DNA of 64,000 nucleotides from Malacoraja senta. Taxonomy: Eukaryota. The notes under the pieces are model-generated. The model did no database searches and was not told the origin of the DNA. It worked only from the letters and a program-made list of their open reading frames with translations. The translations under genes and the position numbers were made by a program. Location: contig CM075987.1 of NCBI GenBank assembly GCA_038087875.1, positions 25,112,001 through 25,176,000 on the forward strand, read 5' to 3'. Numbering within the stretch: the stretch's first letter is position 1; each line of letters opens with the position of its first letter. Below are positions 12,333-24,632 of this stretch, piece after piece.

Positions 12333-12829
12333 CTACCTGTTCACATTCACCTCGATAATACATGGTTTCGCGTCTAGCACGGAAGCTACCTTTTCTATCT
12401 ATATGTAATTAATCCTGTTGACAACAGGACTTGTGGAACTAGCGAACTGCAGCCGCACTTTCATCACTTAATAAAAGACTGGATCCCAAGTGCACGCTGC
12501 ACGGATTCACAATGAGGAATTAAGTATCCTTTATTTAATCCTATCAACAGTACTGATCAGCTCTCCAAGTTTACAATTTTCTAAATAATGAGCTGTTCAC
12601 AGAGTAACAGAACAGCAAAGCTATTTACTCTTTAGATGTTTGTTCTTAGCGATAACAAGGTTTATGGAGACAGCAGGGGAGAACACAGCATCAGTGGGGG
12701 AACTGTCAATAGACAATAGACAATAGGTGCAGTAGGCATTCGGCCCTTTGAGCCAGCACCGCCATTCGATGTGATCATGGCTGATCATCCCCAATCAGTA
12801 CCCCGTTCCTGCCTTCTCCCCATATCCCC

Positions 12830-13223
12830 TGCGGGACCTGGAGCTGATACAGCGGGGTCCGGAGCGGAGACTGCGGGGCCTGGAGCTGGGGCAGCGGCCC
12901 GGAGCGGAGGCTGCGGGACCCGGGGCTGATGCTGTGGCGGGCCGTCCCGGAGCGGAGACGGCGTTCCGGCTTTCGGCGGCGGCGACATCACCACGGAGGT
13001 CCGCTGGACTGGAGGGCGGCATCTTCGGCCTGGATCGATCGCCTCAGTGCAGAGGGAGAACAAGGAGGGAAGAGACGGAGACTAAGACTTTGTCTCCATC
13101 ACAGTGAGGGTGTGCTTGGTGAACTCACTGTGGTGGATGTTTAATTTGTGTTTATTGTATGTTTTGTCATTATTGGTTCTGTGTATGACTGCAGGCAACA
13201 TAATTTCGTTCAGACCGAAAGGT
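12830..13223 (+). mobile_element. GC-rich repeat-headed element with conserved CCATCACAG hairpin (truncated by gap)
   Basis: About 21-bp GC-rich tandem units GCGGG.CC.GGAGC at 12830-12960; 3' part homologous to 11040-11200 and 58950-59110. Confidence 0.55.
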
Positions 13224-13423
13224 NNNNNNNNNNNNNNNNNNNNNNNNNNNNNNNNNNNNNNNNNNNNNNNNNNNNNNNNNNNNNNNNNNNNNNNNNNNNN
13301 NNNNNNNNNNNNNNNNNNNNNNNNNNNNNNNNNNNNNNNNNNNNNNNNNNNNNNNNNNNNNNNNNNNNNNNNNNNNNNNNNNNNNNNNNNNNNNNNNNNN
13401 NNNNNNNNNNNNNNNNNNNNNNN
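13224..13423. other. Assembly gap (200 N)
   Basis: Run of 200 N. Confidence 1.
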
Positions 13424-13719
13424 CTCTTTCACCGTACCTTGGGACATGTGATAATAATAAAGCAATTCCAATACCACCCTGATAGATATTTGTAAACTCA
13501 TGAGGAGCATGCATGTGGTATATGGGGTGAAGCTTTCCCCTTTAGCAGAGGTATCGCAAACTATTGAATAGAGGATATAGTTCATGGTCACAGATCAGAG
13601 GTGTAAAGGAAGTCGGAGAAAGAATTTGTTGCACTCTAAGGATGGTTTTATGGTGGAACACACTGCATGAGTGGTGGAGAAAGATATAATAATAACACTC
13701 AAGAGGTATCTCAACAAGT

Positions 13720-14115
13720 TCATAAGTGATGGGAGCAGATTTAGGCCATTCGGCCCATCAAGTCTACTCCGTCATTCAATCATGGCGGATCTATCTCTCC
13801 CGCTCTCCTGTCTTCTCCCCGTAACCCTGACACCCGTACTAATCAAGAATCTCTCAATCTCCGCCTTAACAATATCCATTGACTTGGCCTCCACAGCCGT
13901 CTGCGGCAATGAATTCCACAGATTCACCACCCTCTGACTGAAGATATATCTTCTCATCCTCTTTCTAAAGACACATCCTTTCATTCTGAGGTTATGACCT
14001 CTGGTCCTGGACTCTCCCACTAGTGGAAACATCCTCTCCACATCCACTCTATCCAGGCCTTTCAGTTTGGTAAGTTTAAATAAGGTCCCTCCCTTCATCC
14101 TTCTAAACTCCAGCA
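13720..14115 (-). mobile_element. CR1-clade LINE 3' fragment
   Basis: ORF 13772-14116 with RTRGH..FSQRVVNLWNSLP, typical of CR1 ORF2 C-termini. Confidence 0.85.
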
Positions 14116-14546
14116 AGCCTTGAATCCTTGTGCTATATCATTCTATAACTTCACCAAAAGTCGGATTTTTTCTCTTCTCCTTAATTGCATGTCTCACAAA
14201 TCTCTAAAATAATCCTGCAGTATCCCTCAACAGGATGCACAAACTGATTCAACAGCAGAAATAGAAGCGAAGAAAAGACACAAAGTGCTGGAGTAACTCA
14301 ATATGTCAGGCAACATCTCCGGAGAACATGGATATATAATGCTTTGGGTCTGGACCCTTCTTCAGACTGATTGAAGTGGTGTAATAGGAAGCTGGGAAAG
14401 AGGAGGGGCAGAACAAAGCCCGACAGGTAAGAGGTGGATACAGGTGAGGGGGAGGGTTTATGAGGGGGGGGGTTTATGACATACGATGAAAGAATGCACT
14501 GACTGGGCTTATATTCACAGGAATTTAGAAGGATGAGAGGGGATCT

Positions 14547-14600
14547 GGGGTGGGAGATTGCAACCTTCATGTGGTCCGCCCTGTTTCGACTAATGCAATC
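14547..14600 (+). ncRNA. Putative minimal (P4-less) HDV-like self-cleaving ribozyme
   Basis: P1 GGGGTGG/CCGCCCT (G-U at +1), P2 GATTGCA/TGCAATC, P3 ACC/GGT, L3 TTCATGT, linker GTTTCGA, J4/2 CTAA with catalytic-position C14590. Confidence 0.8.
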
Positions 14601-14683
14601 AACTCGACGTGCACAAACGGAAGATCAAATAGAACAAGTTGTCCTACAACTTTAGGCTGTGCGCGCCACACGAAAGAAGAAGG
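14547..14683 (+). mobile_element. Short non-autonomous retroelement (family A) headed by a minimal HDV-like ribozyme, (AAG)n tail
   Basis: Interrupts a CR1 reading frame; TSD GGGGATCT (14539-14546, 14684-14691); ends CACACGAAAGAAGAAG; no Pol III A/B box seen. Confidence 0.85.
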
Positions 14684-15635
14684 GGGGATCTTATAGAAAC
14701 ATACATCATTCTTAAGGGATTGGACAGGCTAGATGCAGGAAAAAATATTCCCGATGTTGGGGGAGTCCAGAAGCAGGGGTCACAGTTTAAGAATAAGGGT
14801 AGGCCATTTAGGACTGAGATGAGGAAAAACCTTTTCACCCGGAGAGTTGTGAATCTGTGGAATTCTCTGCCACAGAAGGTAGTGGAGGCCAATTCACTGG
14901 AAGTATTCAGGAGAGAGTTAGATATGGCTCTTAGGGCTAGGAATCAAGGGATATGGGGAGATAGCAGGAACGGGGTACTGATTTTGGATGACCAGCCATG
15001 ATCATATTGAATGGCGGTGCTGGCTCGAAGCACCGAATGGCCTACTCCTGCACCTATTTTCTTTGTTTCGATGTTTCTATGTTTCTTTGATAGGCAGATG
15101 GTTGGATGAAGGGCAGAGATCAAAGACAGAAAGAACGAGACAAAATGATTGAGGGGTTGTCAATTGTGAAGCTGGATGAAGGAATGTAGGTGAAGGGGGT
15201 TGGGGGGGTTGGGGAGAAATAGGTGCGAGTCCAAGTGGGGTACAGGAGAGAGGGGTTGGGAGGAAGGAAAATAAAAGGGAGGATGCGGGAAAAGGAAGGT
15301 GGGGAGGGGTTACAACCCAAAATATCACCTATCCATGTTATCAGAAGATACCGTCTGAAGATTGTCTCTTCTGCAGTTCCTTGTTTTAATGAAATAGACA
15401 CAAAATGCTGGAGTAACTCAGCGAGACAGGCAGCATTCCTGGAGAGAAGGAACGGGTGACATTTCGGGTCGAGACCCTTCTTCAGACTGAGAGTCACAGA
15501 AAAAGAGAGATATAGACGATGATGTAGAGAGGCGTAGAACAATGAATGAACGATATGCAAAAAAGTAACGATGATAAAGGAAACCGGCCATTGTTAGCTG
15601 TTTGTTGGGTGAAAACGAGAAACTGGTGCGACTTG

Positions 15636-15810
15636 GTAGGCAAAAGTGCTGGAGAAACTCAGCGGGTGCAACAGCATCTATGGAGCGAACGGTTTCGGCC
15701 CGAAACGTTGCCTATTTCCTTTGCTCCATAGATGCTGCCGCACCCGCTGAGTTTCTCCAGCACTTTTGTCTACCTTCGATTTTCCAGCATCTGCAGTTCC
15801 TTCTTAAACA
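15636..15810. mobile_element. Penelope-derived palindromic short element
   Basis: Inverted arms, PLE-type terminus CCAGCATCTGCAGTTCCTTCTTAAACA. Confidence 0.75.
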
Positions 15811-16002
15811 AACTGGTGGGGGAGGGATGGAGAGAGAGGGAATATTAGAAACTTCAGCATGTGGTGTTTTGCCATTGCTCTCTGGCATATTAAAGGAAAC
15901 GGCACTACCAAAGAGCAAGTTCATGTTATCTCTGTGTCCAGAGCTTCCAATCTTACTTGTGATTACCGGCAGTATCCAGGCTGGTGTGTTTAGTTTAGTT
16001 TA

Positions 16003-16485
16003 AAAACATAGAAACATAGAAAATAGGTGCAGGAGTAGGCCATTCTGCCCTTTGAGCCTGCACCGCCATTCAATATGATCATGGCTGATCATCCAACTCA
16101 GTATCCTGTACCTGCCTTCTCTCCATACCCCCTGATCCCTTTAGCCACAAGGGCTACATCTAACTCCCTCTTTAATATAGCCAATGAACTGGCCTCAACT
16201 ACCTTCTGTGGCAGAGAGTTCCAGAGATTCACCACTCTCTGTGTGAAAAAAATTTTCTCATCTCGGTCCTAAAAGATTTCCCCTTTATCCTTAAACTGTG
16301 ACCCCTTGTCCTGGACTTCCCCAAAATCGGGAACAATCTTCCTGCATCTAGCCTGTCCAACCCCTTAAGAATTTTGTAAGTTTCTATAAGATCCCCCCTC
16401 AATCATCTAAATTCTAGCGAGTACAAGCCGAGTCTATCCAGTCTTTCTTCATATGAAAGTCCTGATGTCCCAGGAATCAGTCTGG
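16003..16485 (-). mobile_element. CR1-clade LINE 3' fragment, (TTTCTATG)n tail
   Basis: Near-identical to 28223-28695 and 38178-38712. Confidence 0.85.
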
Positions 16486-16730
16486 TTTAGAGATACAACG
16501 TGGAAACGCCGACCAGTGATCCCCGCACATTAACACTATCCTACACACACTAGGGACAATTTACCCATTTATACCAAGCCAAAATAAGCTACATTTAATG
16601 GAGTGTGGGAGGAAACCGAAGATATCGGAGAAAATCCACATAGGTCACGGGGAGAACGTACAAACTCCGCAGTCGGGATCGGACCCGGGTCTCCGGCGCT
16701 TAAAGTGCTATAAGGCAGCAACTTTACAGC
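16486..16730 (-). mobile_element. HE1-like V-SINE
   Basis: V-domain and partial head on the minus strand. Confidence 0.75.
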
Positions 16731-18014
16731 CACTAATTGTCTTCAGTATCAAAACCTAGCGTATGGCATAAACTACTCCTGATCATGTCTTACACATTTT
16801 CCATGAAGAAAACTCTTTCAACAGAGAAATATGATCTTGGGGGGGTCAGATAATTAACGCTGTCTGTGATTTGTGATTTATGTTGCTAGCCTTTAAATAA
16901 AGTATGCACAGATGTTGATATTTAAATATTTCAATGGAATCAAAAGTTATGATGTGGCTAAAACAAGGGCAGACAATTCTCTTGCAGCCATTGAGCACCG
17001 GTGACCATGAATGACTTTATTCTCAGTAAATGAGAATCTAAAGTGGGGCGCATTGGTTGAGTTGCGGCCTTGCAGCTCCAGAGAGCCTGACTACTGGTGC
17101 AGTCTGTACGGAGTTTGTACGTTCTCCCCGTGACCTGCGTGGGTTTTCTCCGGGTGCTCCGGTTTCCTCCCACACTCAAAAGAGGTAGGTTAATTGGCTT
17201 GGTATAAATGTAAATTGTCCCAAGTGTGTGTAGGATAGCGTTAGTGTGCATTGATCGCTGGTGAGGTTTATTTGGCTTGTGTAAATTGACCCTAATTTGC
17301 AGAATAGTGCTAGTGTATAGGGTGACTGTTGATCACTGCTTCTTTAAAGCCTAAAACAGTCACCTCTACACTTCCTGATAGAGACCAGCTATTGATTTAA
17401 CACATATTGATCTGAAAATCTTCAATTTCATTTATATTTCTCTACGGTCTTAACCCCCCCTTGTCTCTTCAATCCATATCGGCCTCAAAGATGCGTCCAA
17501 TTACTTCAACTTAGTGTCTTGAGCATCCCAAATTTAAGGGGTCAATTATGGCCTGTTACACTGCTTCTAATGCTTGACGCTCTGAATTCTCTCCCGAAAA
17601 TGCGTGCTTATTTTCCACCTTGCTTCAAGAACTTCCGTTTGCACTAGCTATTAGCCTCTTATTTTAATCTTCTCATGCAGTTTAAAGTTTTTTTTTTCCT
17701 TCTATAATACTCCTGTCATGTTTAGCTTGCTCTCTATGGATAGTACCTGCGTTTGGAAGAATCCATCACACACACAAACTTCAGACGGGTCTGTCGAAAT
17801 AGACAGCGGCAATTGGTAAAAAAGGTGTCGATTTTCTAGATTAATGTTAGAATGTTCAGAGCACAAACAAATGTTCATAGAACTGACCCACTCCCTTCAA
17901 ACACCATCTCAGATAAATCAAATCCCAACTATCTAAAGCTTACGATTTTTTATTTATCAACGGTGCACATTTATTCACCACAGTGTTGCTGTTTCAGTTA
18001 TGAGGGTGGGCTTG

Positions 18015-18285
18015 GTTAGTTTAGTTTGGAGATACAGTGCGGAAATAGGTCCTTCAGCAGACCGAGTTCACCTGCATACTAGTTCTATCCAACAACTAGG
18101 GAACATTCACAGAAGCCAATTAACCTCCAAACCTGCACGTCTTTGGAAAGTGGGAAGAAACCGGAGCACCCGGAGAAAAAACCCACACGGTCACAGGGAG
18201 AATGTGCAAACTCCACATTGACAGCATTTGTGGTCGGGATGGAACCCTGGGTCTCTGGCGCTGGAAGGCTGCAACTCTACCGCTT
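18015..18285 (-). mobile_element. HE1-like V-SINE
   Basis: V-domain, head and tail recognisable. Confidence 0.75.
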
Positions 18286-18415
18286 CTGTAGTTGGAACCC
18301 GAATGCCCTTTCTGTGAGGGCATGGTGGGAACGGGTACTCTCACCTGTCAGCAGAATCACCAACGTGCAGAAGGCTATGGACCAAGTACAGGTAAATATG
18401 AATAGTATAGATAAG

Positions 18416-18718
18416 GGGCAGCACGGTGGCACAGCGGTAGAGTCCCGGCCTTCCAGGGCCAGAGACCCAGGTTCGATCCTGACTATGAGTGGAGTCTGTA
18501 CAAAAAAATGTACCTTCTCCCCGTGACCGCCGTGGGTTTTCTCCGAGATCTTCGGTTTCCTCCCACTCTCCAAAGACGTACATGTTTGTAGGTTAATTGG
18601 CTTGGTATAAATGTAAATTGTCCCTGGTGTGTGTAGGATAGCGTTAATGTGCGGTGATCGCTGGTCGGTGCAGACCCAGTGGGCTGAAGGGCCTGTTTCC
18701 GCGCTGGATCTCTAAACT
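18416..18718 (+). mobile_element. HE1-like V-SINE (full length)
   Basis: A box GGTGGCACAGCGG, B box GGTTCGATCC, V-domain, HER1-type tail. Confidence 0.85.
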
Positions 18719-19607
18719 ACTTGATGGTTAGCAGGGAAACGGTGGGCTCAATGGCCTGCTTCTCTGCGAGATGACTCAATGGATGAAATGATCAGCAAAG
18801 TCTAACAGATTTAATTTTCTGCCCTTCTTCCAAATAAAAAAAGTTTGCCGATTCTATTTTTGCAGCTACGCGTTACATTAGTGCTCGTCAAACTGACCCC
18901 GCATCTAATTGAACTGCAAATGATACACAGGCACAAAAGAAGATCTGTGCAGGCTTTCAAAAGTATTTTCCAGAAAGCAAGGAGGGATTGTACACAGTAT
19001 ATTCATGTTAAGTCTAAAGAAACGAAACAAAGAGGCACGCTCTTAAGTAAATTTAGCCATTCAATGGACTTATCACAGCTAGCTTCCGCTCTGTCTGACA
19101 GTCTCCATTTCAAACACAGCACCCTGCAAGATGCATAATTGCTTCCCCCGGGCCCAAAGGAATTAAAAGATCACACTTTTGCTGTTTTCCGAGACTCTTC
19201 CAGCAACAAACAAATCTCGGGGTGAAATTTTGAAAGCTTGCGTTGACTTTCTGCTGGCCCATTTTCATCAAATAGAGACTGACAAAGCAAAGAATCATTA
19301 TGCCGAGATCAATAGTTCAGAGGATTAAATTGAAGTAATATGTCACCACTAAATACATTTGCCACCACTCTTTTTCCTGCATCTTCCGTCCCTTCACGAT
19401 GTCCCTTGATAGACATTGATACAAAAGAGGGTTCATGGAAAGCTAACAGCTGCATTATCAATGTCTCTTTGGTTCGTCGCATGAGGCAGAAGCTGAATAA
19501 ATGTCATTTATTTACAACCATTTTCTGCAAAAGTCAAGATTTTTTTTTGTCAGAATATTAGTTTAAAATCCAACACCGTAACAGAGTATTACATTGTACA
19601 CTCTGTA

Positions 19608-20016
19608 CACTCTGGAGTTTAGAAGGATGAGAGGGGATCTCATTGAAACATATAAGATTGTTAAGGGCTTGGACACGTTAGAGGCAGGAAACACGTTCCC
19701 GATGTTGGGGGGGAGTCCAGAACCAGGGGCCACAGTTTAAGAATAAGGAGTAAGCCATTTAGAACGGAGACGAGGAAACACTTTTTCTCACAGAGAGTGG
19801 TGAGTCTGTGGAATTCTCTGCCTCAGAGGGCGGTGGAGGCAGGTTCTCTGGATGCTTTCAAGAGAGAGCTAGATAGGGCTCTTAAAAATAGCGGAGTCAG
19901 GTGATATGGGGAGAAGGCAGGAACGGGGTACAGATTGGGGATGATCAGCCATGATCACATTGAATGGCGGTGCTGGCTCGAAGGGCCGAATGGCCTACTC
20001 CTGCACCTATTGTCTA
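19608..20016 (+). mobile_element. CR1-clade LINE 3' fragment
   Basis: LEFRRMRGDLIETYKIVKGLD..VVSLWNSLP; TATTGTC-type tail. Confidence 0.85.
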
Positions 20017-20069
20017 TTTCATCAACAACACTTCATGACATCAAATTTAAAAAATATAATGCTTGTTAA

Positions 20070-20320
20070 GGGCGGCACGGTGGCACAGCGGTAGAGTTTC
20101 TGCCTTGCAGCGCCAGAGACCTGGGTTCGATCCTCTCTGTACGGAGTTTGTACGCCCTCCCTGTGACCGCGTGGGTTTTCCCCGGGTTCCTCCCACACTC
20201 TAAAGACACACAGGTTTGTAGGTTAAAAATTGCACATTGTCCCTAGTGTGTGTTGGATAGTGCTAGTGTGCAGGGATCGCTGGTCGAAGCGGACTGGGTG
20301 GGCCGAAGGGCCTGTTTACA
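20070..20320 (+). mobile_element. HE1-like V-SINE
   Basis: Head with A/B boxes and V-domain. Confidence 0.8.
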
Positions 20321-21539
20321 GAGAGTTGAAGGGCACATCTAGACATTTAGAATTATCTCTAAATCTCTCAATTTAGTATGTCTAAACTAAACGTACAACT
20401 GGGACAAAAGTGTTTTTCAAAAACAGCTTGTGCAAATCCATGGTAGACACAAAATGCTGGAGTAACTCAGCGGGGCTGGCAGCATCTGTGGAGAGAAGGA
20501 ATGGGTGCCAGGGACCCGGGTTCGATCCCGACTGCACACACTAACACTATCCTACACACACTAGGGTCAATTTACATTTATAGAAGGGTCTCGATCCCGA
20601 AATGTCACCCATTCCTTCTCTCCAGAGGCGTTCCCTGTACGTGTTTGGAGTGTGCTCTGTACAGACAAGCACCCGTGGTCGGGATCGAACCCGCGTCCAC
20701 AGCGCTTAAAGCGCTGTAAGGCAGCAACTCCACCAAGTATGATCATTGGGCTCACTTTCTGACAGGAAGCGCCCGTACAGGACAGGAGGGAGGTTAGTGG
20801 TGTTTAAGTGGCTTCTAGATAGGCGCATGACTATGCAGGGGGGTGCGGGATAGTGATCACATGCAGGTCGAAGCGATTAGTTTAATTTGACATAATGTCC
20901 GGCACAGACATGGTCACGGGGAGAACATACAAACGCTGTACAAAGGACCTGCTCCTATGCTGCACTGTTTTAAAAAAAACACAACTTACTGCCACATCTT
21001 TCCATGTGGGATGAAGCCCACATTGTCAAAGAGAGATCATACAAACACAACACAGACAGCAGCCGATGTCAGAATGACACCAACAGTTGCTAACCTGTTT
21101 GTGCCATGTCGTAGGTGGCACGGTGGCGCAGCGGTAGAGTTGCTGCCTTACAGCGCCAGAGACCCGGGTTCCATCCTGACCACAAAAAAAGACAAAGTGC
21201 TGGAGTAACTCAGCGGGTCAGGCAGCATCTCTGGAGAACATGGAATAGGTGACATCGTAGGTCGAGACACTCCCTCAGACCGATTTTTATAGGGGTAAGA
21301 AAGCTGGAAGGGAGGTGGGAGCAGGACAAAGTCTGGTAAATGAAGAAGGGTCCCAACCTGAAACGTCACCCCTCCATTTTGTCCATAACCCTTTCCTAAT
21401 CAAGATCTAATCCATCTTTCCTACACAGAAATAAGTTCAACTTCCAGGAATGTATACCGTGAGGATGATCATATCTATGAAAATAACAGCAAACTATTCA
21501 ATGCAGGTGCTACTTGGTATTTTACTGGTTGCCAACACG

Positions 21540-22160
21540 GGTGGCGTGGTGGCACAGCAGTAGTGTTGCTGCCTTACAGCCCTGTCCCACTGTACGAGTT
21601 CATTCAAGACTTCTCCCGAGTTTGCCCTGTTTCGAACTCGGGGAATTTACAGTAATAGCCGCTCGTCGGTACTCGGGGCTCTCGTGGACATTTTTCAACA
21701 TGTTGAAAAATCTTCACGAGTCTTCCCGAGCTTATCGAGTTTCCCCGAGTACCTGCCGTTAGCGTTACGAGCCGCTAAGAGACGTCCCCGAGCTCCGACG
21801 TACCCGCTACGTACATTCTTCGTGCTTACACGAGCTTGATTTTTTTTTAAACTCGGGAGAGCTCTTGAATGAACTCGTACAGTGGGACAGGGCTATTACA
21901 GCACTTGCAGCGCCAGAGACCTGGGTTCGATCCCGACTACGGGTGCTGCCTGTACGGAGTTTGTACGTTCTCCCCGTGACCTGCGTGGGTTTTCTCTGAA
22001 ATCTTCGGTTTCCTCCCACTCTCCAAAGATGTGCAGGTTTGTAGATTAATTGGCTTGGTATAAATATAAAATTGCCCCTGGTGTGTGTAGGGTAGAGTTA
22101 GCGTAGACTCAGTGGGTCGAAGGGCCTGTTTCCGTGCTGTATCACTAAACTAAACTAAAC
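21540..22160 (+). mobile_element. HE1-like V-SINE interrupted by MITE
   Basis: Head split at GCC-TTA-CAGC; (AAACT)n tail. Confidence 0.8.
21577..21895. mobile_element. PIF/Harbinger-like MITE
   Basis: About 30-bp TIRs AGCCCTGTCCCACTGTACGAGTTCATTCAAGA; TTA TSD (21574-21576, 21896-21898). Confidence 0.85.
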
Positions 22161-23999
22161 TATTCAGCGCAGGTAGACACAAAAAGCTGGAGTAACTCAG
22201 CGGGACAGGCAGCATCTCTGAAGAGAAGGAATGGGTGACGTTTTGGGTCGAGACCCTTCTTCAGACTAGTTAGGGATAAGGGAAACGAGAGATATAGACG
22301 ATGATGTAGTGTGATAGAGAGCGAAGAACGCATGATATTGCTCACCGACATATTAGTTTCATCGTTTCTCCTGAGATGTGTTGAGGGAAACAAATTTCAA
22401 ACAATTCCATCTGTTGTTCCCAACATGGGATGGTTCTCCCCTGCCCGTGGAAGTATTGCCGGTACATCACCTCAGCTGGGTATTGTCAGAATCAATAACG
22501 TTTCAGATTTATTTGTCACCAGTGATTTTTGATCCTTTCAACATTTGCAATCTGGTGCATGCTGAGCAATCAGCTTATCTGATCCGCGCAGCCCACAGCT
22601 TGCAAAAACCGAGAGATAGCCCACATTTCTCTCAGCCTGCTCATGCCAAAATAGAATCCAAACATCACTGCCTCAGCTATTTATTAATTGGCTGTACATT
22701 TTCTGACTGAACTGATCCACAACATGACCTTCTAATTGATCAAAATATCTGCTTTTTTCGGTTCCTGAGCAGCTATCTATCTCTCCCTCTCAACCCCATT
22801 CTCCTGCCTTCTCCCCGTAACCCCCGACTCCCATACTAATCAAGAATCCATCTCTCTCTGATTTAAAATATATCCACTGACTTGGCCTCCGCAGCCTTCT
22901 GTGGCAACAAATTCCACAGATTCACCACCCTCCATCTGATTGATACTAAGATACCTTAGTGTGATTGTGCCTGATCTTCCATATTAAAACACTTGATCTC
23001 GGAAGAATATAAATAAAAGATAGTGATGTTTATTTTTAAACTATTCTGAATATCCAGTGGGATATTGGGGGTCAAAATTACAAATCTTCAGAGTAAGAAA
23101 AATGTCACTTCATTTCAACTTTTTATTACCGTCTTATGGTTTTGAGATAGTTCTCATCTCCCAGGCAAGAGAAAGAGCTGTTAAGTATCCCTCCCTTGTA
23201 CCTTTCAATATGAGGAGCTAAACTCCCTTATCAACTCTTCTCATCTTTCTATCTTTCTAAATAATCTCTCCCCATGTGAAAGCCCCTAGCTCCAGGAGTC
23301 AATGCAATAATTTTTTATTGTGACACCCTCTGAGGCAGATCTTTCGCTCCTTACGACAAGAAATGTGAGAAGGCACACAATAATCTTGGCTTTCCCTCAC
23401 CAAATCCCTGTACGAATGCAGCAAGGATCGCTCACTGTGTAGCAAGGAACTGCAGATGCTGGTTTAAACCGAAGATAGACACAAGAAAGCTGGATAAACC
23501 CAGCGGGACAGGCAGCATCTCTGGAGAGAAGGAATGGGTGACGTTTCGGGATGACTGAAGAAGGGCCACGACCCGAAATGTCACCCATTCCTACTCTCCA
23601 GAGATGCTGCCTGTCCCGCTGAGTTACTTCAGCTTTTTGTTTCCACAATGGTTCATTGTTGGCTGAGGGGAAGGCGTTGAGACTCAGAGGGAAAGGGAAA
23701 CGACTTGAGAATCAGGGGAAAGGGAAACGAGAGATATAGACGGTGATATAGAGAGAATGAGAACAAAAACATATGAAAGATGAGCAAAAAAGGAACGATG
23801 ATAAAGGAAACAGGCCATTGCTGGGAGAGGGCCAGATGAAACGTCATCATGTTGAGTCTCATTGTCTGTAACTCGTTTTCACCTAGCCCCATCCCTAGTG
23901 GAAAGAACTCCTAGTGGAGGTGAGAGGCGGAAAAGTTTTCAGGAGCTGTGCAAGGCAAGTTTTTACACATAGATAGGTGGGTACTTTGCTATGTTCTAT

Positions 24000-24180
24000 G
24001 AGTCTCTCGGCTTGCAATACTCAGGTTCTAACCTGGGCTGGTATCACCAGGTTTATCAGGCTGTTGAGGTTGAGATTCTGGTCAATGGCAATGCTCAGTA
24101 TGTTAATGCTGGTGGACTTGGTGGGGGCCACACCACCACTGAATGTCAAGGGCAGGTGGGTACACTCCCTTGTTGACTAA
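24000..24180 (-). mobile_element. Old degenerate CR1/L2-group RT fragment
   Basis: Minus strand reads HLPLTF..TSINILSIAIDQNLN, resembling the LGV.ID.KL.W thumb region. Confidence 0.45.
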
Positions 24181-24317
24181 GGCCATGATTCGGTTCAGGT
24201 CCATGCCTGTAATCTCAGTCTCCCTGCCTGTGTGTTGAAGAGAAGCAGCTGGACTTGAGCATTGTGCAGTGATCAGCCAACCACCTCATTTCTGGCAGCC
24301 ATTGACTAAGTTATTGT

Positions 24318-24632
24318 GGGAGGCACGGTGGCGCAGCGGTAGAGCTGCTGCCTTGCAGCACTAGAGGCCCGAGTTCGATCCCGACTACGGGTGCAGTTTG
24401 TACGTTCTCCCCGTGATCGTGTGGGTTTTCCCCGAGATCTTCTGTTTCCTCCCACACTCCAAAGGCGTACAGGTTTGTAGGTTAATTGGCTTGGTGTATG
24501 TGTAAATTGTTCCTAGTGTGTGTGTGTGTGTGTGTGTGTGTAGGATAGTGTTAATGAGCGGGGTGATCAATGGTCGGCGCGGCCTCGACGGGCCTAATGG
24601 CCTGTTTCCACGCTGTATCTCTAAACTAAACT
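24318..24632 (+). mobile_element. HE1-like V-SINE with internal (GT)n expansion
   Basis: Head, V-domain, (GT)n at 24516-24541, tail. Confidence 0.8.

Larger units (their letters stand above)
14490..15085 (+). mobile_element. CR1-clade LINE 3' fragment hosting a ribozyme-headed insertion
   Basis: LGLYSQEFRRMRGD | LIETYIILKGLDRLDAG..RVVNLWNSLP; TTTCTATG-type tail. Confidence 0.85.

Noticed and set aside
12830..12960. Short regularly spaced repeats as a CRISPR-like array
   Set aside because: Degenerate head-to-tail minisatellite without unique spacers in a eukaryotic context; no cas genes.
22336..22361. Possible minus-strand micro-exon (CAG..GTGAG), similarly about 10089-10123
   Set aside because: Such splice-like pairs arise by chance and the peptides are unrecognisable.
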